From NCBI RefSeq assembly GCF_000018785.1, contig NC_010163.1:570001-602000 (forward strand): a stretch of DNA of 32,000 nucleotides. The letters are read 5' to 3'. Source of the DNA: Acholeplasma laidlawii PG-8A (lineage in GTDB: Bacteria > Bacillota_I > Bacilli_A > Acholeplasmatales > Acholeplasmataceae). This document shows, piece after piece, positions 1 through 9,552 of the stretch (positions within the stretch are counted from its first letter, which is position 1; each line of letters starts with the position of its first letter). Position numbers and translations under genes: made by a program. The notes below the pieces were generated by a model. The model searched no databases. It was given only the letters and a program-made list of their open reading frames with translations, and was not told the origin of the DNA.

Positions 1-2
1 CA

Positions 3-269
3 GGATTAACTAAAGAATTATTCGAACAACAAGCTAAAGAACAAGCTGAAAAACGTGTACTTCAATCTCTAGTAATCGAAGCGATTGCTAAGAAAGAAAA
101 CTTCACTGCTACACCTGAAGAATTAAGTTTGCGTTATGAAGAATTAGCAAACCATTACAAAATGGAAGTTAATGAAATTAAAAAGTATATCTCAGATGAA
201 CTAGTAATGAATGATATCGCATTTGAAAAAGCAGTAACATTCTTAGTAGAAAACGCAGTACAAAAATAA
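3..269 (+). CDS. tig: trigger factor, C-terminal fragment (5' end lies outside the window)
   Basis: Frame 3 is open from the window edge to TAA at 267-269. The translation GLTKELFEQQAKEQAEKRVLQSLVIEAIAKKENFTATPEELSLRYEELANHYKMEVNEIKKYISDELVMNDIAFEKAVTFLVENAVQK looks like the C-terminal helical arm of trigger factor. It sits upstream of lon, as in Firmicutes. Confidence 0.75.
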   Translation, partial: GLTKELFEQQAKEQAEKRVLQSLVIEAIAKKENFTATPEELSLRYEELANHYKMEVNEIKKYISDELVMNDIAFEKAVTFLVENAVQK

Positions 270-279
270 ATATAAAAGT

Positions 280-307
280 AGCCTCTGAAGCTTCAGAGGC
301 TTTCTTA
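280..307 (+). terminator. rho-independent terminator of tig
   Basis: Perfect GC-rich inverted repeat AGCCTCTGAAG/CTTCAGAGGCT (280-301) followed by TTTCTT. Confidence 0.85.
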
Positions 308-340
308 TAACTATAAATATGATAAAAGATGGGATAACGA

Positions 341-367
341 TTGGCACTCATGCATTATGATTGCTAA
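341..367 (+). promoter_or_regulatory. CIRCE (HrcA operator) upstream of lon
   Basis: TTGGCACTC-N9-GATTGCTAA compared with the consensus TTAGCACTC-N9-GAGTGCTAA: one mismatch per arm and exact 9-nt spacing. The right arm directly abuts the -35 box. Confidence 0.8.
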
Positions 368-395
368 TTGACAATTTTATATTATAATATATAAT
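368..395 (+). promoter_or_regulatory. sigma-A type promoter of lon
   Basis: TTGACA (368-373), 16-nt spacer, TATAAT (390-395). RBS AAAGGGGA lies before the ATG at 427. Confidence 0.75.
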
Positions 396-426
396 AAGAA
401 TATAACCCAGAAAGGGGATCAAAGAT

Positions 427-2739
427 ATGGAATTACAGACAAGTTTACCCGCGATTGTTGTACGTGGTATCGTACCGATTCCTAATAATGATTTTAGAAT
501 TGAAGTTGGCCGTAAAGTATCCCTTAAAGCGATTGAAGAGTCTGAAAAGAGTTTTTCATCTTACGTACTTATATTGGTTCAAAAAAATCCATTAATAGAA
601 AACCCAACAGTTGCTGATATTGAAACTCATGGTGTCTTAGCTAAGATTGCTATGAAGATTAAATTACCTAATAACAACTATAAAATTAAGTTTAATTTAA
701 TGTCTAGAATTAAAGTCAATGAGTACTTTTTAACAGATCCTTACTTTGTAGCAGACTATGAAGAATTAGAATCAAAAGTAGGGGAAATTGAAGAAGAAAC
801 TACATTACTTAAATTAATTACTGATGAAGCTGTTGTAAATGCAAATCAGTTGTTTAATAATGCCCAAGTGATTACATCACAAATTCAATCTGGTTTATCA
901 TCAGATAAAATGGCGGACATTTTAGCATATAATTTAAGAACTCAAGATACTGAAAAATATAAGTATCTAGCTGAATTAAATGTAAATTCAAGACTAAAAT
1001 TAATTTTAGAAGATATTAACCGTCTAAAGATGATTGCTGATTTAGAACAGCGTATTAATGAAGATGTTAAAAAGGCAATTGATGAAAATCAAAAAGAATA
1101 TTATTTAAGAGAAAAAATGCGTGCAATTCAAAATGAATTAGGTGATAAAGCTAAAAAAGAAGATGAAATTGATAAATTAAGAGAAGATATTAAGAAGGCT
1201 AAAATGCCGCTTCATATCGAAGAAAAGGCCCTACAAGAGCTATCTCGTTATCAATCAACACCTTCAGCAATGGCTGAATCTCAAATTATTAAAACTTACC
1301 TAGATTTTCTAGTTGCATTACCTTGGAATGAATCATCAACAGATTTAAATGATTTACAAAAGGTACAAGATAACTTAGATAAGAATCATTATGGTCTGGA
1401 AAATGTTAAAGAACGTATTATTGAATATCTAGCAGTTAAGATGATGACTGGTAGAAATCCACAGACTATTTTATGTTTAGCAGGTCCTCCAGGGGTTGGT
1501 AAAACATCACTTGCAACATCTATTGCAGAAGCTTTAGGTCGTAAGTTTGTTAAACAATCACTAGGTGGCGTTAAAGATGAATCAGAAATACGTGGTCATA
1601 GAAGAACTTACGTAGGCGCTATGCCTGGTCGTATCCTTAAGGGTATGAAGGATGCTGGTACAGTAAATCCTGTCTTCTTATTAGATGAAATTGATAAAAT
1701 GGCATCTGATTATAGAGGGGACCCTGCATCTGCAATGCTTGAAGTATTAGACCCAGAGCAAAATGCTAAATTTAGTGATCACTACTTGGAAGAAAATTAT
1801 GACTTATCTCAAGTATTATTCATTACAACAGCAAACTATCTTGAAAATGTGCCTGCACCTTTAAGAGATCGTATGGAAATTGTAGAACTATCTAGCTATA
1901 CTGAGTATGAAAAAATTCAGATTGCTCAAAAACACTTAGTTAACAAACAATTATCAGCACACGGTTTAGATAGTGATAAATTTACAATTGATGAAGAAAC
2001 ACTTTACTTTATTGTAAGACATTACACTAGAGAAGCTGGTGTTCGTGAGTTAAACCGTTATATTGGTTCTTTAGTACGTAAAGCAATTAAAGAAATTCTT
2101 ATGAAAAAAGCAGATAAAATTCATATCACTAAAGAAAATGTAGAAACATATATAGGTAAACCTAAGTTTGTACATAATTTAGTGGATGAAAAACAACAAA
2201 TTGGTGTTGTGACTGGTCTAGCATATACTGCATTTGGTGGAGACACACTTCCGGTTGAAGTTACTTACTATAAAGGTAAGGGACAACTTGTTTTAACAGG
2301 TAAACTAGGGGATGTCATGAAAGAATCAGCAATTACTGCACTTTCATATGTAAAATCACATGCACTAGAATTTAATTTAGACCCAACGATATTTGAAAAC
2401 AACGACTTCCACGTCCACGTACCAGAAGGAGCAATTCCTAAAGATGGTCCTTCAGCGGGTATTACCATGGCAACTGCGATTATGTCAGCTGCAAGTAAAC
2501 TCTATGTTAGAAAAGACCTTGGTATGACCGGTGAAATTACATTACGCGGTTATGTACTACCAATTGGTGGATTAAAAGAAAAAGCAATTGCTGCTTTAAG
2601 AAGTGGTTTAACTACTATTTTAATTCCAAAACAAAACGTTAAAGATGTTGATGATATTCCAAAAGAAGTTAGAGACAAATTAACAATTATTCCTGTTGAA
2701 AATGTATCTGATGTTTTTGCACAAGCATTGATTAGATAA
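427..2739 (+). CDS. lon: ATP-dependent Lon protease (LonA type)
   Basis: 770 aa. Lon N-domain start ([14 protein letters not shown]), Walker [10 protein letters not shown], catalytic Ser motif [14 protein letters not shown], and a downstream Lys ([10 protein letters not shown]). Confidence 0.97.
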   Translation: MELQTSLPAIVVRGIVPIPNNDFRIEVGRKVSLKAIEESEKSFSSYVLILVQKNPLIENPTVADIETHGVLAKIAMKIKLPNNNYKIKFNLMSRIKVNEYFLTDPYFVADYEELESKVGEIEEETTLLKLITDEAVVNANQLFNNAQVITSQIQSGLSSDKMADILAYNLRTQDTEKYKYLAELNVNSRLKLILEDINRLKMIADLEQRINEDVKKAIDENQKEYYLREKMRAIQNELGDKAKKEDEIDKLREDIKKAKMPLHIEEKALQELSRYQSTPSAMAESQIIKTYLDFLVALPWNESSTDLNDLQKVQDNLDKNHYGLENVKERIIEYLAVKMMTGRNPQTILCLAGPPGVGKTSLATSIAEALGRKFVKQSLGGVKDESEIRGHRRTYVGAMPGRILKGMKDAGTVNPVFLLDEIDKMASDYRGDPASAMLEVLDPEQNAKFSDHYLEENYDLSQVLFITTANYLENVPAPLRDRMEIVELSSYTEYEKIQIAQKHLVNKQLSAHGLDSDKFTIDEETLYFIVRHYTREAGVRELNRYIGSLVRKAIKEILMKKADKIHITKENVETYIGKPKFVHNLVDEKQQIGVVTGLAYTAFGGDTLPVEVTYYKGKGQLVLTGKLGDVMKESAITALSYVKSHALEFNLDPTIFENNDFHVHVPEGAIPKDGPSAGITMATAIMSAASKLYVRKDLGMTGEITLRGYVLPIGGLKEKAIAALRSGLTTILIPKQNVKDVDDIPKEVRDKLTIIPVENVSDVFAQALIR

Positions 2740-2760
2740 TCTTAAACAATCACTAAAGAT

Positions 2761-2796
2761 AAGAGTGTTATGAACGTCATAACACTCTTATTTTAT
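2761..2796 (+). terminator. rho-independent terminator of lon
   Basis: Perfect 13-bp stem AAGAGTGTTATGA / TCATAACACTCTT with loop ACG, followed by ATTTTAT. Confidence 0.85.
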
Positions 2797-2863
2797 GGGG
2801 TTTAGTAAAATGTGACATTCAATGATTGTAAATATATGATACAATAAGATAAGAGGTAAAATT

Positions 2864-3436
2864 ATGATTAAACAAGCAGAATTTATTACATCGGCCGTTT
2901 CTATTACGGACTTGCCTAAAGATGATTTCGACCATTTTTTAATACTTGGTCGCTCAAATGTAGGTAAATCTTCATTAATAAATGCCATTACAAATCGTAA
3001 AAAATTAGCAAGAGTGTCTCAAACACCTGGTAAAACGATTACGTTAAATTTATATTTACTAAATCAAAGTTTGTATTTAGTAGATGCCCCTGGTTATGGC
3101 TATGCGAAACGTTCTAAAACTCAAACTTTAACTTTTATGAGAATGATTAATGAATATATCCAGTTAAATGGTCACTTAAAAAAAATTATTTTATTGGTGG
3201 ATTTTAATATTGGACCAACTCAAGATGATTTAGATATGTATATTGAATTACAGGCGTTTGATGTAGACATTATTGTCGTTACAACAAAGTACGATAAGGT
3301 CAAATCATCACATAGACTTAAACAAGAAAAAGTGATTAGATCTAAGTTTTTTGAAGGACAAAAAATATACTTCACATCAAGTGAAACAAAGTTTGGAATT
3401 GATAAATTAATTAATGAGGAGTTTAGTAATGAATAA
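2864..3436 (+). CDS. engB: ribosome biogenesis GTPase EngB/YsxC/YihA
   Basis: 190 aa. G1 motif GRSNVGKSSLIN, DAPGYGYA (G3), TKYDK (G4). RBS AAGAGG lies 7 nt upstream. The lon-ysxC adjacency is as in Bacillus. Confidence 0.92.
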   Translation: MIKQAEFITSAVSITDLPKDDFDHFLILGRSNVGKSSLINAITNRKKLARVSQTPGKTITLNLYLLNQSLYLVDAPGYGYAKRSKTQTLTFMRMINEYIQLNGHLKKIILLVDFNIGPTQDDLDMYIELQAFDVDIIVVTTKYDKVKSSHRLKQEKVIRSKFFEGQKIYFTSSETKFGIDKLINEEFSNE

Positions 3437-4277
3437 AATCTTAATTACTACAGATTCAACTGCGGACTTAAGTCCAGAAATATTGGAAACTAGAAACATT
3501 AAAATCGTGCCATTATATGTACGTTTTAATGATGAATCCTATAAAGATAGCATAGATATTACAACCCCTGAACTCTATAAAAAAGTTGAAACTTATGGGT
3601 TTTTACCAAAGACACAAGCGGCTAGTCCCGGAGATTTCGAGGTATTTTTTAAAAAGTTTTTGGATGAAGGTTATAAAATTGTTCATATTTCTATTGGTTC
3701 TAAAATATCGGCAACCTATAAATCAGCTTTACTAGCTATTGATTTATTAGAAACAAAAGATGTTTACGTCATTGATTCAGCAAATCTATCTAGTGGGATT
3801 GCATTACTAGTCCTTAAAGCATCCGATTTAAAAGATCAAGGCTTAAGTGCTGAAGAAATCCATCAAGAAATAACAAAATTAGTACCTAAGGTAAGTAGCC
3901 AATTTGCAATTAAGACATTAGACTACCTTCATAAAGGCGGACGTGCAAGTGGCTTAAGTGCATTTGTGGGTTCAGTACTACGTATTAAGCCAATCATTCA
4001 AGTGAATGATGGTAAACTTGATGTCTATAAAAAGTCAGTTGGTAAGATGTCAAAAGCACTTGATGTGATGATTGATGATCTTGTGAACTTAAATGGCGAA
4101 ATAGATGATACTTATGTATTCATTACGCATTCACTTGCTCCAGATTCATTTGAATACATTAAAAATAGAGTAGAAAAAGAAGTTAAAGTGAAACATATAT
4201 TAGAAGGTCATGCTGGCTGTGTGATATCCAGTCACTGTGGCGAAGGAACAATCGGTATTTTATATATAAAAAGGTAG
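3429..4277 (+). CDS. DegV family fatty-acid-binding protein (FakB-like)
   Basis: Begins MNKILITTDSTADL, a typical DegV N-terminus. I prefer the ATG at 3429 (GAGGAG RBS at 3416-3421) over the ORF-track start at 3414. It overlaps the engB stop by 8 nt. Confidence 0.88.
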   Translation: MNKILITTDSTADLSPEILETRNIKIVPLYVRFNDESYKDSIDITTPELYKKVETYGFLPKTQAASPGDFEVFFKKFLDEGYKIVHISIGSKISATYKSALLAIDLLETKDVYVIDSANLSSGIALLVLKASDLKDQGLSAEEIHQEITKLVPKVSSQFAIKTLDYLHKGGRASGLSAFVGSVLRIKPIIQVNDGKLDVYKKSVGKMSKALDVMIDDLVNLNGEIDDTYVFITHSLAPDSFEYIKNRVEKEVKVKHILEGHAGCVISSHCGEGTIGILYIKR

Positions 4278-4285
4278 GTAAACAT

Positions 4286-4927
4286 ATGAAAATAGCAGTT
4301 ATAGGTGCATCAGGGTTTATCGGGGAAAATATAGTAAATGAAGCACTAAGTAAAGGTCATGAAGTGGTAGGGATTTTTAGAAGAAATAGTATTCCTGCTC
4401 AAAATAATCTTACACTTAAAAAATTAACAATTTTTGATGAAGCTGATTTTGAAGCGGCTATTAAAGATTGTGATGTGATTGTATCCGCATATAATCCGGG
4501 ATATTATCATGTGGCTCAAGCAGAACGTTTTTTAGATGGTTATAAAGTCATATTTAACATGGCTAAAAAGTTAAATAAGCATGTGATTGCTGTCATTGGT
4601 GCAACCACACTCATCCAATATGATGGTGAATTAGTCAAAGATAGTTTAGTATTTCCAAAACCATGGATTAAAGCATTAGAAGGAACAGACAGGGTATTTG
4701 AAACTTATAAAGGTGATACATCTTTAAAGGTTACATTTGTGTCTCCTGCAGCTGAAGTTTTTGATGGTCCACTTACTAAACAATATGTTTATGGTAAAGA
4801 TCATCTCATATATGACAGTTTAGAACGTTCTAGAATATCTGTTAAAGATTTAGCACACGCGATTATATTAGAATGTGAACATCCAAAATTTGTAAATTCT
4901 AGATTTACAATTGCATATCAAAATTAA
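4286..4927 (+). CDS. NAD(P)H-binding atypical SDR-like oxidoreductase (YwnB/NmrA-like)
   Basis: 213 aa. N-terminal Rossmann motif MKIAVIGASGFIGENIV. The size and layout fit NAD(P)-binding family proteins. The substrate is unknown. Confidence 0.7.
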   Translation: MKIAVIGASGFIGENIVNEALSKGHEVVGIFRRNSIPAQNNLTLKKLTIFDEADFEAAIKDCDVIVSAYNPGYYHVAQAERFLDGYKVIFNMAKKLNKHVIAVIGATTLIQYDGELVKDSLVFPKPWIKALEGTDRVFETYKGDTSLKVTFVSPAAEVFDGPLTKQYVYGKDHLIYDSLERSRISVKDLAHAIILECEHPKFVNSRFTIAYQN

Positions 4928-4939
4928 TTAGTATATAAT
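4911..4939 (+). promoter_or_regulatory. sigma-A type promoter of the T-box leader
   Basis: TTGCAT (4911-4916, inside the end of the upstream CDS), 17-nt spacer, TATAAT (4934-4939). Confidence 0.6.
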
Positions 4940-4945
4940 ATTAGA

Positions 4946-5190
4946 AACGCTATGAAGTGAAAAAGTAATTTATAATAAAATCATAAAAGAGATTAAGAGA
5001 ATTGGTGAAACTCTTATACCCTATAAATGAAAGTCATCACTGAGCGGATTAGGTGAAATTAATTTAGTAGCTTAATTCGGAGTAACTTTACGTTATAAAA
5101 GTTCAATGAAGGTGCACAATTTATTTTGTGAACTAAGGTGGTACCGCGAATTTTCGTCCTTAGGCTGTTTATCAGTCTAGGGATTTTTAT
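4946..5190 (+). promoter_or_regulatory. T-box riboswitch leader, probable valine specifier (GUC)
   Basis: Stem I elements AGAGA and GGTGAAA (distal loop). Candidate specifier loop GAAA-GTC-A with GTC at 5033-5035. F-box-like ACGTTA. Canonical T-box sequence AACTAAGGTGGTACCGCG (5131-5148). Terminator CCTTAGGCTG/CAGTCTAGGG (5158-5182) plus a T-run. Its 5' arm CCTTAG can alternatively pair with CTAAGG of the T-box to form the antiterminator. Confidence 0.88.
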
Positions 5191-5202
5191 TTAGGAGGCT
5201 AT

Positions 5203-5763
5203 ATGCTGCCAATACTTGAAGGAAAAAGAGTTGTTTTAAGAAGTCCTAATGAAAAGGATTTAGTCTCATTTTTTTACTTTGCTTCTAAAGATAGTATTGG
5301 ACCAAATGCAGGATGGTTTCCACATAGAAATCTTGATGAGACACGTTCTATACTAAACTTACACATCAAAGAAGCTAATCTTTGGGCTATTACACTACGT
5401 GAAAATGATGTCATGATTGGTACAATTAGCCTAAATAATCTATCAAATGATCGCTTTTTTGGTAAGGGTGCTGAAATTGGATTTGTATTAGATGATACCT
5501 ATTGGAATCAAGGTATTGTTACAGAGGCTGTTTTGGTTGTTATGAATTATGTCTTTAGAGAATTAAAGTTTGATTATTTAAAGGTAGCACATGCTGATTT
5601 TAATATAGCAAGTAAGAAAGTTATATTAAAATCTGGATTTAAATTTGTATATAAAAAACATAAGCGATATATAGAAAATCCTAATATTAATTATGTTTTA
5701 TACTATGAAATTTCAAAAAAGGAGTTTTTCGAACATGAAAACAGAACTACAGACGAAATATGA
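5203..5763 (+). CDS. GNAT N-acetyltransferase, RimJ/RimL (Acetyltransf_3)-like
   Basis: 186 aa. Strong RBS TAGGAGG. The pattern LEGKRVVLRSPNEKD...IGFVLDDTYWNQGIVTEAV...KSGFKF is typical of RimJ/RimL-type GNATs. The 3' end overlaps the valS start by 29 nt. Confidence 0.8.
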   Translation: MLPILEGKRVVLRSPNEKDLVSFFYFASKDSIGPNAGWFPHRNLDETRSILNLHIKEANLWAITLRENDVMIGTISLNNLSNDRFFGKGAEIGFVLDDTYWNQGIVTEAVLVVMNYVFRELKFDYLKVAHADFNIASKKVILKSGFKFVYKKHKRYIENPNINYVLYYEISKKEFFEHENRTTDEI

Positions 5764-8314
5764 TTTTAAATCGGTTGAAGAGGGCAGATATGACTTTTGG
5801 TTAAAAGAAGGTTTTTTTGAATCTGGTAAAGATTTAAATAAAACACCTTTTACAGTTGTAATTCCACCGCCAAACGTCACTGGAAAGCTTCATTTAGGAC
5901 ACGCTTGGGATACGGCAATTCAAGATATTATTATTAGACGTAAACGTATGCAAGGCTTTGATGCATTATACTTACCTGGTATGGACCATGCAGGTATTGC
6001 AACTCAAGCACGTATTGATGATAGATTGAAGAGTCAAGGTATTTCTAGATATGATCTTGGTAGAGAAAAATATCTTGTTAAAGCTTGGGAGTGGAAAGAA
6101 GAATATTCTCTTCATATTAGAGCTCAGTGGAAAGCACTTGGTTTATCACTTGATTACACCAAAGAAAGATTTACACTGGATGAAAAGTTAAATGAGGCTG
6201 TAAATAAAGTATTTATTACTCTATATAATAAGGGTTGGATTTATCGTGGTTATAGAATTATTAACTGGGATTGCCAAGCTAAAACAGCTTTATCTAATAT
6301 TGAAGTTGAGTACGAAGAAACACAAGGTAACTTATATCACTTTACTTACCCATTTGTAGATATGGATGGTGGATTAACCATTGCAACTACACGTCCTGAA
6401 ACAATGTTTGCTGACCAAGCTTTAATGGTTCATCCTGAAGATGAGCGTTATAAAAAGTATATTGGTAAACTTGTTTATATACCTGGAACAAATACAAAAA
6501 TACCAGTCATTGAAGATGATTATGTAGATAAAGCATTTGGTACAGGTGTTGTTAAGGTTACTCCAGCACACGATCCTAATGACTATGAAGTTGCTAAAAG
6601 ACATAACTTAGAAATGCCTTTATGTATGAATGAAGATGGTACTATGAATGAACTTGCACTCAAATATGTAGGTCAAGATAGATTTGAGTGCCGTAAAAAC
6701 GTCGTTAAAGATTTACAAGCATTAAATCTATGCCCTAAAGTAGAACCTTACACTCACCAAGTGGGTTACTCAGAACGTACAGGTGTTATGGTTGAACCAA
6801 GATTATCTCTACAATGGTTTGTAGATATGAAAGGTTTAACTGAACAAACTCTAAAAATGAATCAAGTAAATTTTGTACCCGAGCGTTTTAAAAATACATT
6901 TGAAAACTGGTTAAATAATATCCAAGACTGGACAATATCACGTCAACTATGGTGGGGACATAGAATTCCAGCATGGTTTAAGGGTGATGAAGTTAAAGTT
7001 CAAGTCGAATCACCAGGCGTTGACTGGACACAAGATGAAGACGTTCTTGATACTTGGTTTTCAAGTGCATTATGGCCATTTTCAACACTTGGTTGGCCAA
7101 ATGAAGACGATCCGAACTTCAAACGCTATTACCCTACAGATGTTTTAGTAACAGGATATGATATTATTTTCTTCTGGGTTGCTAGAATGATGTTCCAAGG
7201 CCTTGAATTCACTAAAAAAGACCCATTTAAGACCGTATTACTGCACGGACTCATCAGAGATGAGCAAGGTAGAAAAATGTCTAAATCATTAAATAATGGT
7301 GTAGATCCTATGGATGTAATTGACAAGTATGGTGTCGATGCACTAAGATTTTTCATTGTATCTAATGCTGCACCAGGACAAGATACAAGATATGATATTA
7401 CAAAAATTGAGTCGAGTTGGAACTTCATTAATAAATTATGGAATATTACAAGATTCGTATCCTTAAATATTAAAGATAAATCTTTAGTTATCGATGAAGA
7501 TAGATTAAATGTATTTGATAAATGGATTCTTACAAGACTAAGTGAAACAATTACTGAAGCAGATAAATACTATGAACGCTTTGAGTTTAATGAAGCATCT
7601 AGGGTACTTACAAACTTTATTTGGGAAGAATTCGCAAATTGGTACTTAGAAATTTCTAAAGTATCACTACAAGACCCAAAAATAGAACAAAATACACAAG
7701 CAGTTCTAATCTATGTACTTAAAGATATTCTTAAATTATTACACCCTTTCTTACCATTTGTTACAGATAAGTTATACATGGATATTTTTAATGAAAACTC
7801 AGTAATGATTGCTCAGTGGCCAGTAGTAAAATATAAATTTAACCAAATTGATCTCGTTAAAGAAATTCAAGATGTGATTGTAAAGGTAAGGAATCTTAGA
7901 AATGAATATCAAGTTGCACCATCAAAACCGATTGATGTTACACTTGAAATCAAATCTATGGAAATGATTGAGGAAGTTAAGTTATATGAAAACTACCTAA
8001 CTAAATTCTTGAATACAAAAGCACTAGCGTATGAAACCAGTGTAGATTCAAGTGATATGATTTTTATTGCAGGTACACATATCAATATCTATATTGAAAA
8101 ATCAGATATGATTGATTTAGAACAAGAAAAAGCATCATTATTAAAGCAAAAAGACACTTTAGAAAAGGAGCTTGAAAGATCTAAGGGATTACTTTCTAAC
8201 GTAAACTTTACCTCAAAAGCGCCACAAGCTAAAATCGACATTGAACAAAGAAAGTATGACGACTATAAGAAACAATATGATGATGTCGTTGAAATGTTAA
8301 AGAAATATGTTTAA
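5735..8314 (+). CDS. valS: valine--tRNA ligase
   Basis: HIGH motif (PNVTGKLHLGHA), KMSKS motif (GRKMSKSLNNG), and a C-terminal coiled coil. I prefer the ATG at 5735 (MKTELQTKYDF, GGAG at 5721-5724) over the ORF-track start at 5693. Confidence 0.97.
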   Translation: MKTELQTKYDFKSVEEGRYDFWLKEGFFESGKDLNKTPFTVVIPPPNVTGKLHLGHAWDTAIQDIIIRRKRMQGFDALYLPGMDHAGIATQARIDDRLKSQGISRYDLGREKYLVKAWEWKEEYSLHIRAQWKALGLSLDYTKERFTLDEKLNEAVNKVFITLYNKGWIYRGYRIINWDCQAKTALSNIEVEYEETQGNLYHFTYPFVDMDGGLTIATTRPETMFADQALMVHPEDERYKKYIGKLVYIPGTNTKIPVIEDDYVDKAFGTGVVKVTPAHDPNDYEVAKRHNLEMPLCMNEDGTMNELALKYVGQDRFECRKNVVKDLQALNLCPKVEPYTHQVGYSERTGVMVEPRLSLQWFVDMKGLTEQTLKMNQVNFVPERFKNTFENWLNNIQDWTISRQLWWGHRIPAWFKGDEVKVQVESPGVDWTQDEDVLDTWFSSALWPFSTLGWPNEDDPNFKRYYPTDVLVTGYDIIFFWVARMMFQGLEFTKKDPFKTVLLHGLIRDEQGRKMSKSLNNGVDPMDVIDKYGVDALRFFIVSNAAPGQDTRYDITKIESSWNFINKLWNITRFVSLNIKDKSLVIDEDRLNVFDKWILTRLSETITEADKYYERFEFNEASRVLTNFIWEEFANWYLEISKVSLQDPKIEQNTQAVLIYVLKDILKLLHPFLPFVTDKLYMDIFNENSVMIAQWPVVKYKFNQIDLVKEIQDVIVKVRNLRNEYQVAPSKPIDVTLEIKSMEMIEEVKLYENYLTKFLNTKALAYETSVDSSDMIFIAGTHINIYIEKSDMIDLEQEKASLLKQKDTLEKELERSKGLLSNVNFTSKAPQAKIDIEQRKYDDYKKQYDDVVEMLKKYV

Positions 8315-9542
8315 ACAACTTGATGAAGCAGTAAATTGGATAGAAACACAAATAAAGTTTAGACCTAAAACAAGCCTAGATCATATGAAGGATGCCTTAA
8401 GCATCCTTCAGCTTGATTTAAGCGGTATCAAAAAGATTCATGTCACTGGTACAAATGGTAAGGGCTCAGTTTGTATGATGACTACTCAAGTACTGGTTGA
8501 ATCCGGTATCCGCGTAGGAACTTTCATATCACCTTATTTGGTACGCTTTAACGAACGCATTAAACTCAATGGTAAAGATATAGAAGATAATGATTTATTG
8601 GATTCTATTAATAAAGTTTATGAGCTAAACAATGCATATTTTGAACATAGTGGGCTAACACTATCGTTTTTTGAACTGATGACTCTCATGTCACTGATTT
8701 ACTTTGTAGATAATAAGGTCGATGTTATCGTGATGGAAGTTGGTATTGGTGGTCTCTTAGATGCTACAAATATATTAAATTATGATGTCTCAGTCATTAC
8801 CAATGTTGGAATGGATCATATGCGTCAATTAGGTAATACATTAGAATCGATTGCATTAAACAAACTTGGCATTTTAAAAGAAAAGGGTCACTTAATTACG
8901 AGTATCGACAGTGGATTACATGATTTAGTTAAGGATTATGTATCAAAAATGCATTCAACACTTAAAATTATTCAAAAACATGATGTAACCACTATATCCG
9001 AGTTTCCTCACAAAATTGAATATAATCACCAAATATATAAACTATCATTGTTAGGCGAGTTTCAAAACACTAATGCAGCGCTTGTTATAGAAGTTATTAA
9101 ATATTTATTTCCAAATATAACTGAGCAAACAATTAGTGAAGGTTTAAGTAAAACTGAACACCCAGGACGCTTAGAAACAGTGTTGCCTGGAGTGGTTTTA
9201 GATGGTGCCCATAATATTCATGCAATTAAGGAAGTCATTTTTTCGCTAAAATCTATTTTTAAAGTGTATAATATACATGTACTATTCAGTGCACTATCTG
9301 ATAAAGAGCCTGAAGTGATGCTAAATGAACTCAAAAAATATGCAACAACCATCACTTTGACTGCTTTTCCGGATGCTCGTTATAAAAACCTAGATTTTCT
9401 TCCCTTTAACTTTGAATTGAATCCTAAAACAGCTTTAAAAAATTTAATCAAGAACAAAAAAGAAAATGACGTTATTTTTATAACTGGTAGTTTGCACTTT
9501 ATTGGGTATATGAAAAAGGAAATTATTCCGTACTTTAAATAA
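8307..9542 (+). CDS. folC: folylpolyglutamate synthase / dihydrofolate synthase
   Basis: 411 aa. P-loop VTGTNGKGSV and Mur-ligase-like layout. It overlaps the valS stop by 8 nt. The valS-folC adjacency is as in Bacillus. Confidence 0.9.
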   Translation: MFKQLDEAVNWIETQIKFRPKTSLDHMKDALSILQLDLSGIKKIHVTGTNGKGSVCMMTTQVLVESGIRVGTFISPYLVRFNERIKLNGKDIEDNDLLDSINKVYELNNAYFEHSGLTLSFFELMTLMSLIYFVDNKVDVIVMEVGIGGLLDATNILNYDVSVITNVGMDHMRQLGNTLESIALNKLGILKEKGHLITSIDSGLHDLVKDYVSKMHSTLKIIQKHDVTTISEFPHKIEYNHQIYKLSLLGEFQNTNAALVIEVIKYLFPNITEQTISEGLSKTEHPGRLETVLPGVVLDGAHNIHAIKEVIFSLKSIFKVYNIHVLFSALSDKEPEVMLNELKKYATTITLTAFPDARYKNLDFLPFNFELNPKTALKNLIKNKKENDVIFITGSLHFIGYMKKEIIPYFK

Positions 9543-9552
9543 GGTGATATAT

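Noticed and set aside
2268-2988. Minus-strand 66-aa ORFs lie at 2268-2468 (inside lon) and at 2788-2988 (spanning the engB start).
   Set aside because: One is antisense to a well-supported CDS. The other crosses the engB promoter and RBS region. Neither has start-site signals.
6422-7428. Minus-strand ORFs (60 aa and 99 aa) lie inside valS.
   Set aside because: They are antisense to a conserved aaRS gene, have no RBS and show no recognisable motifs. These are chance open frames.
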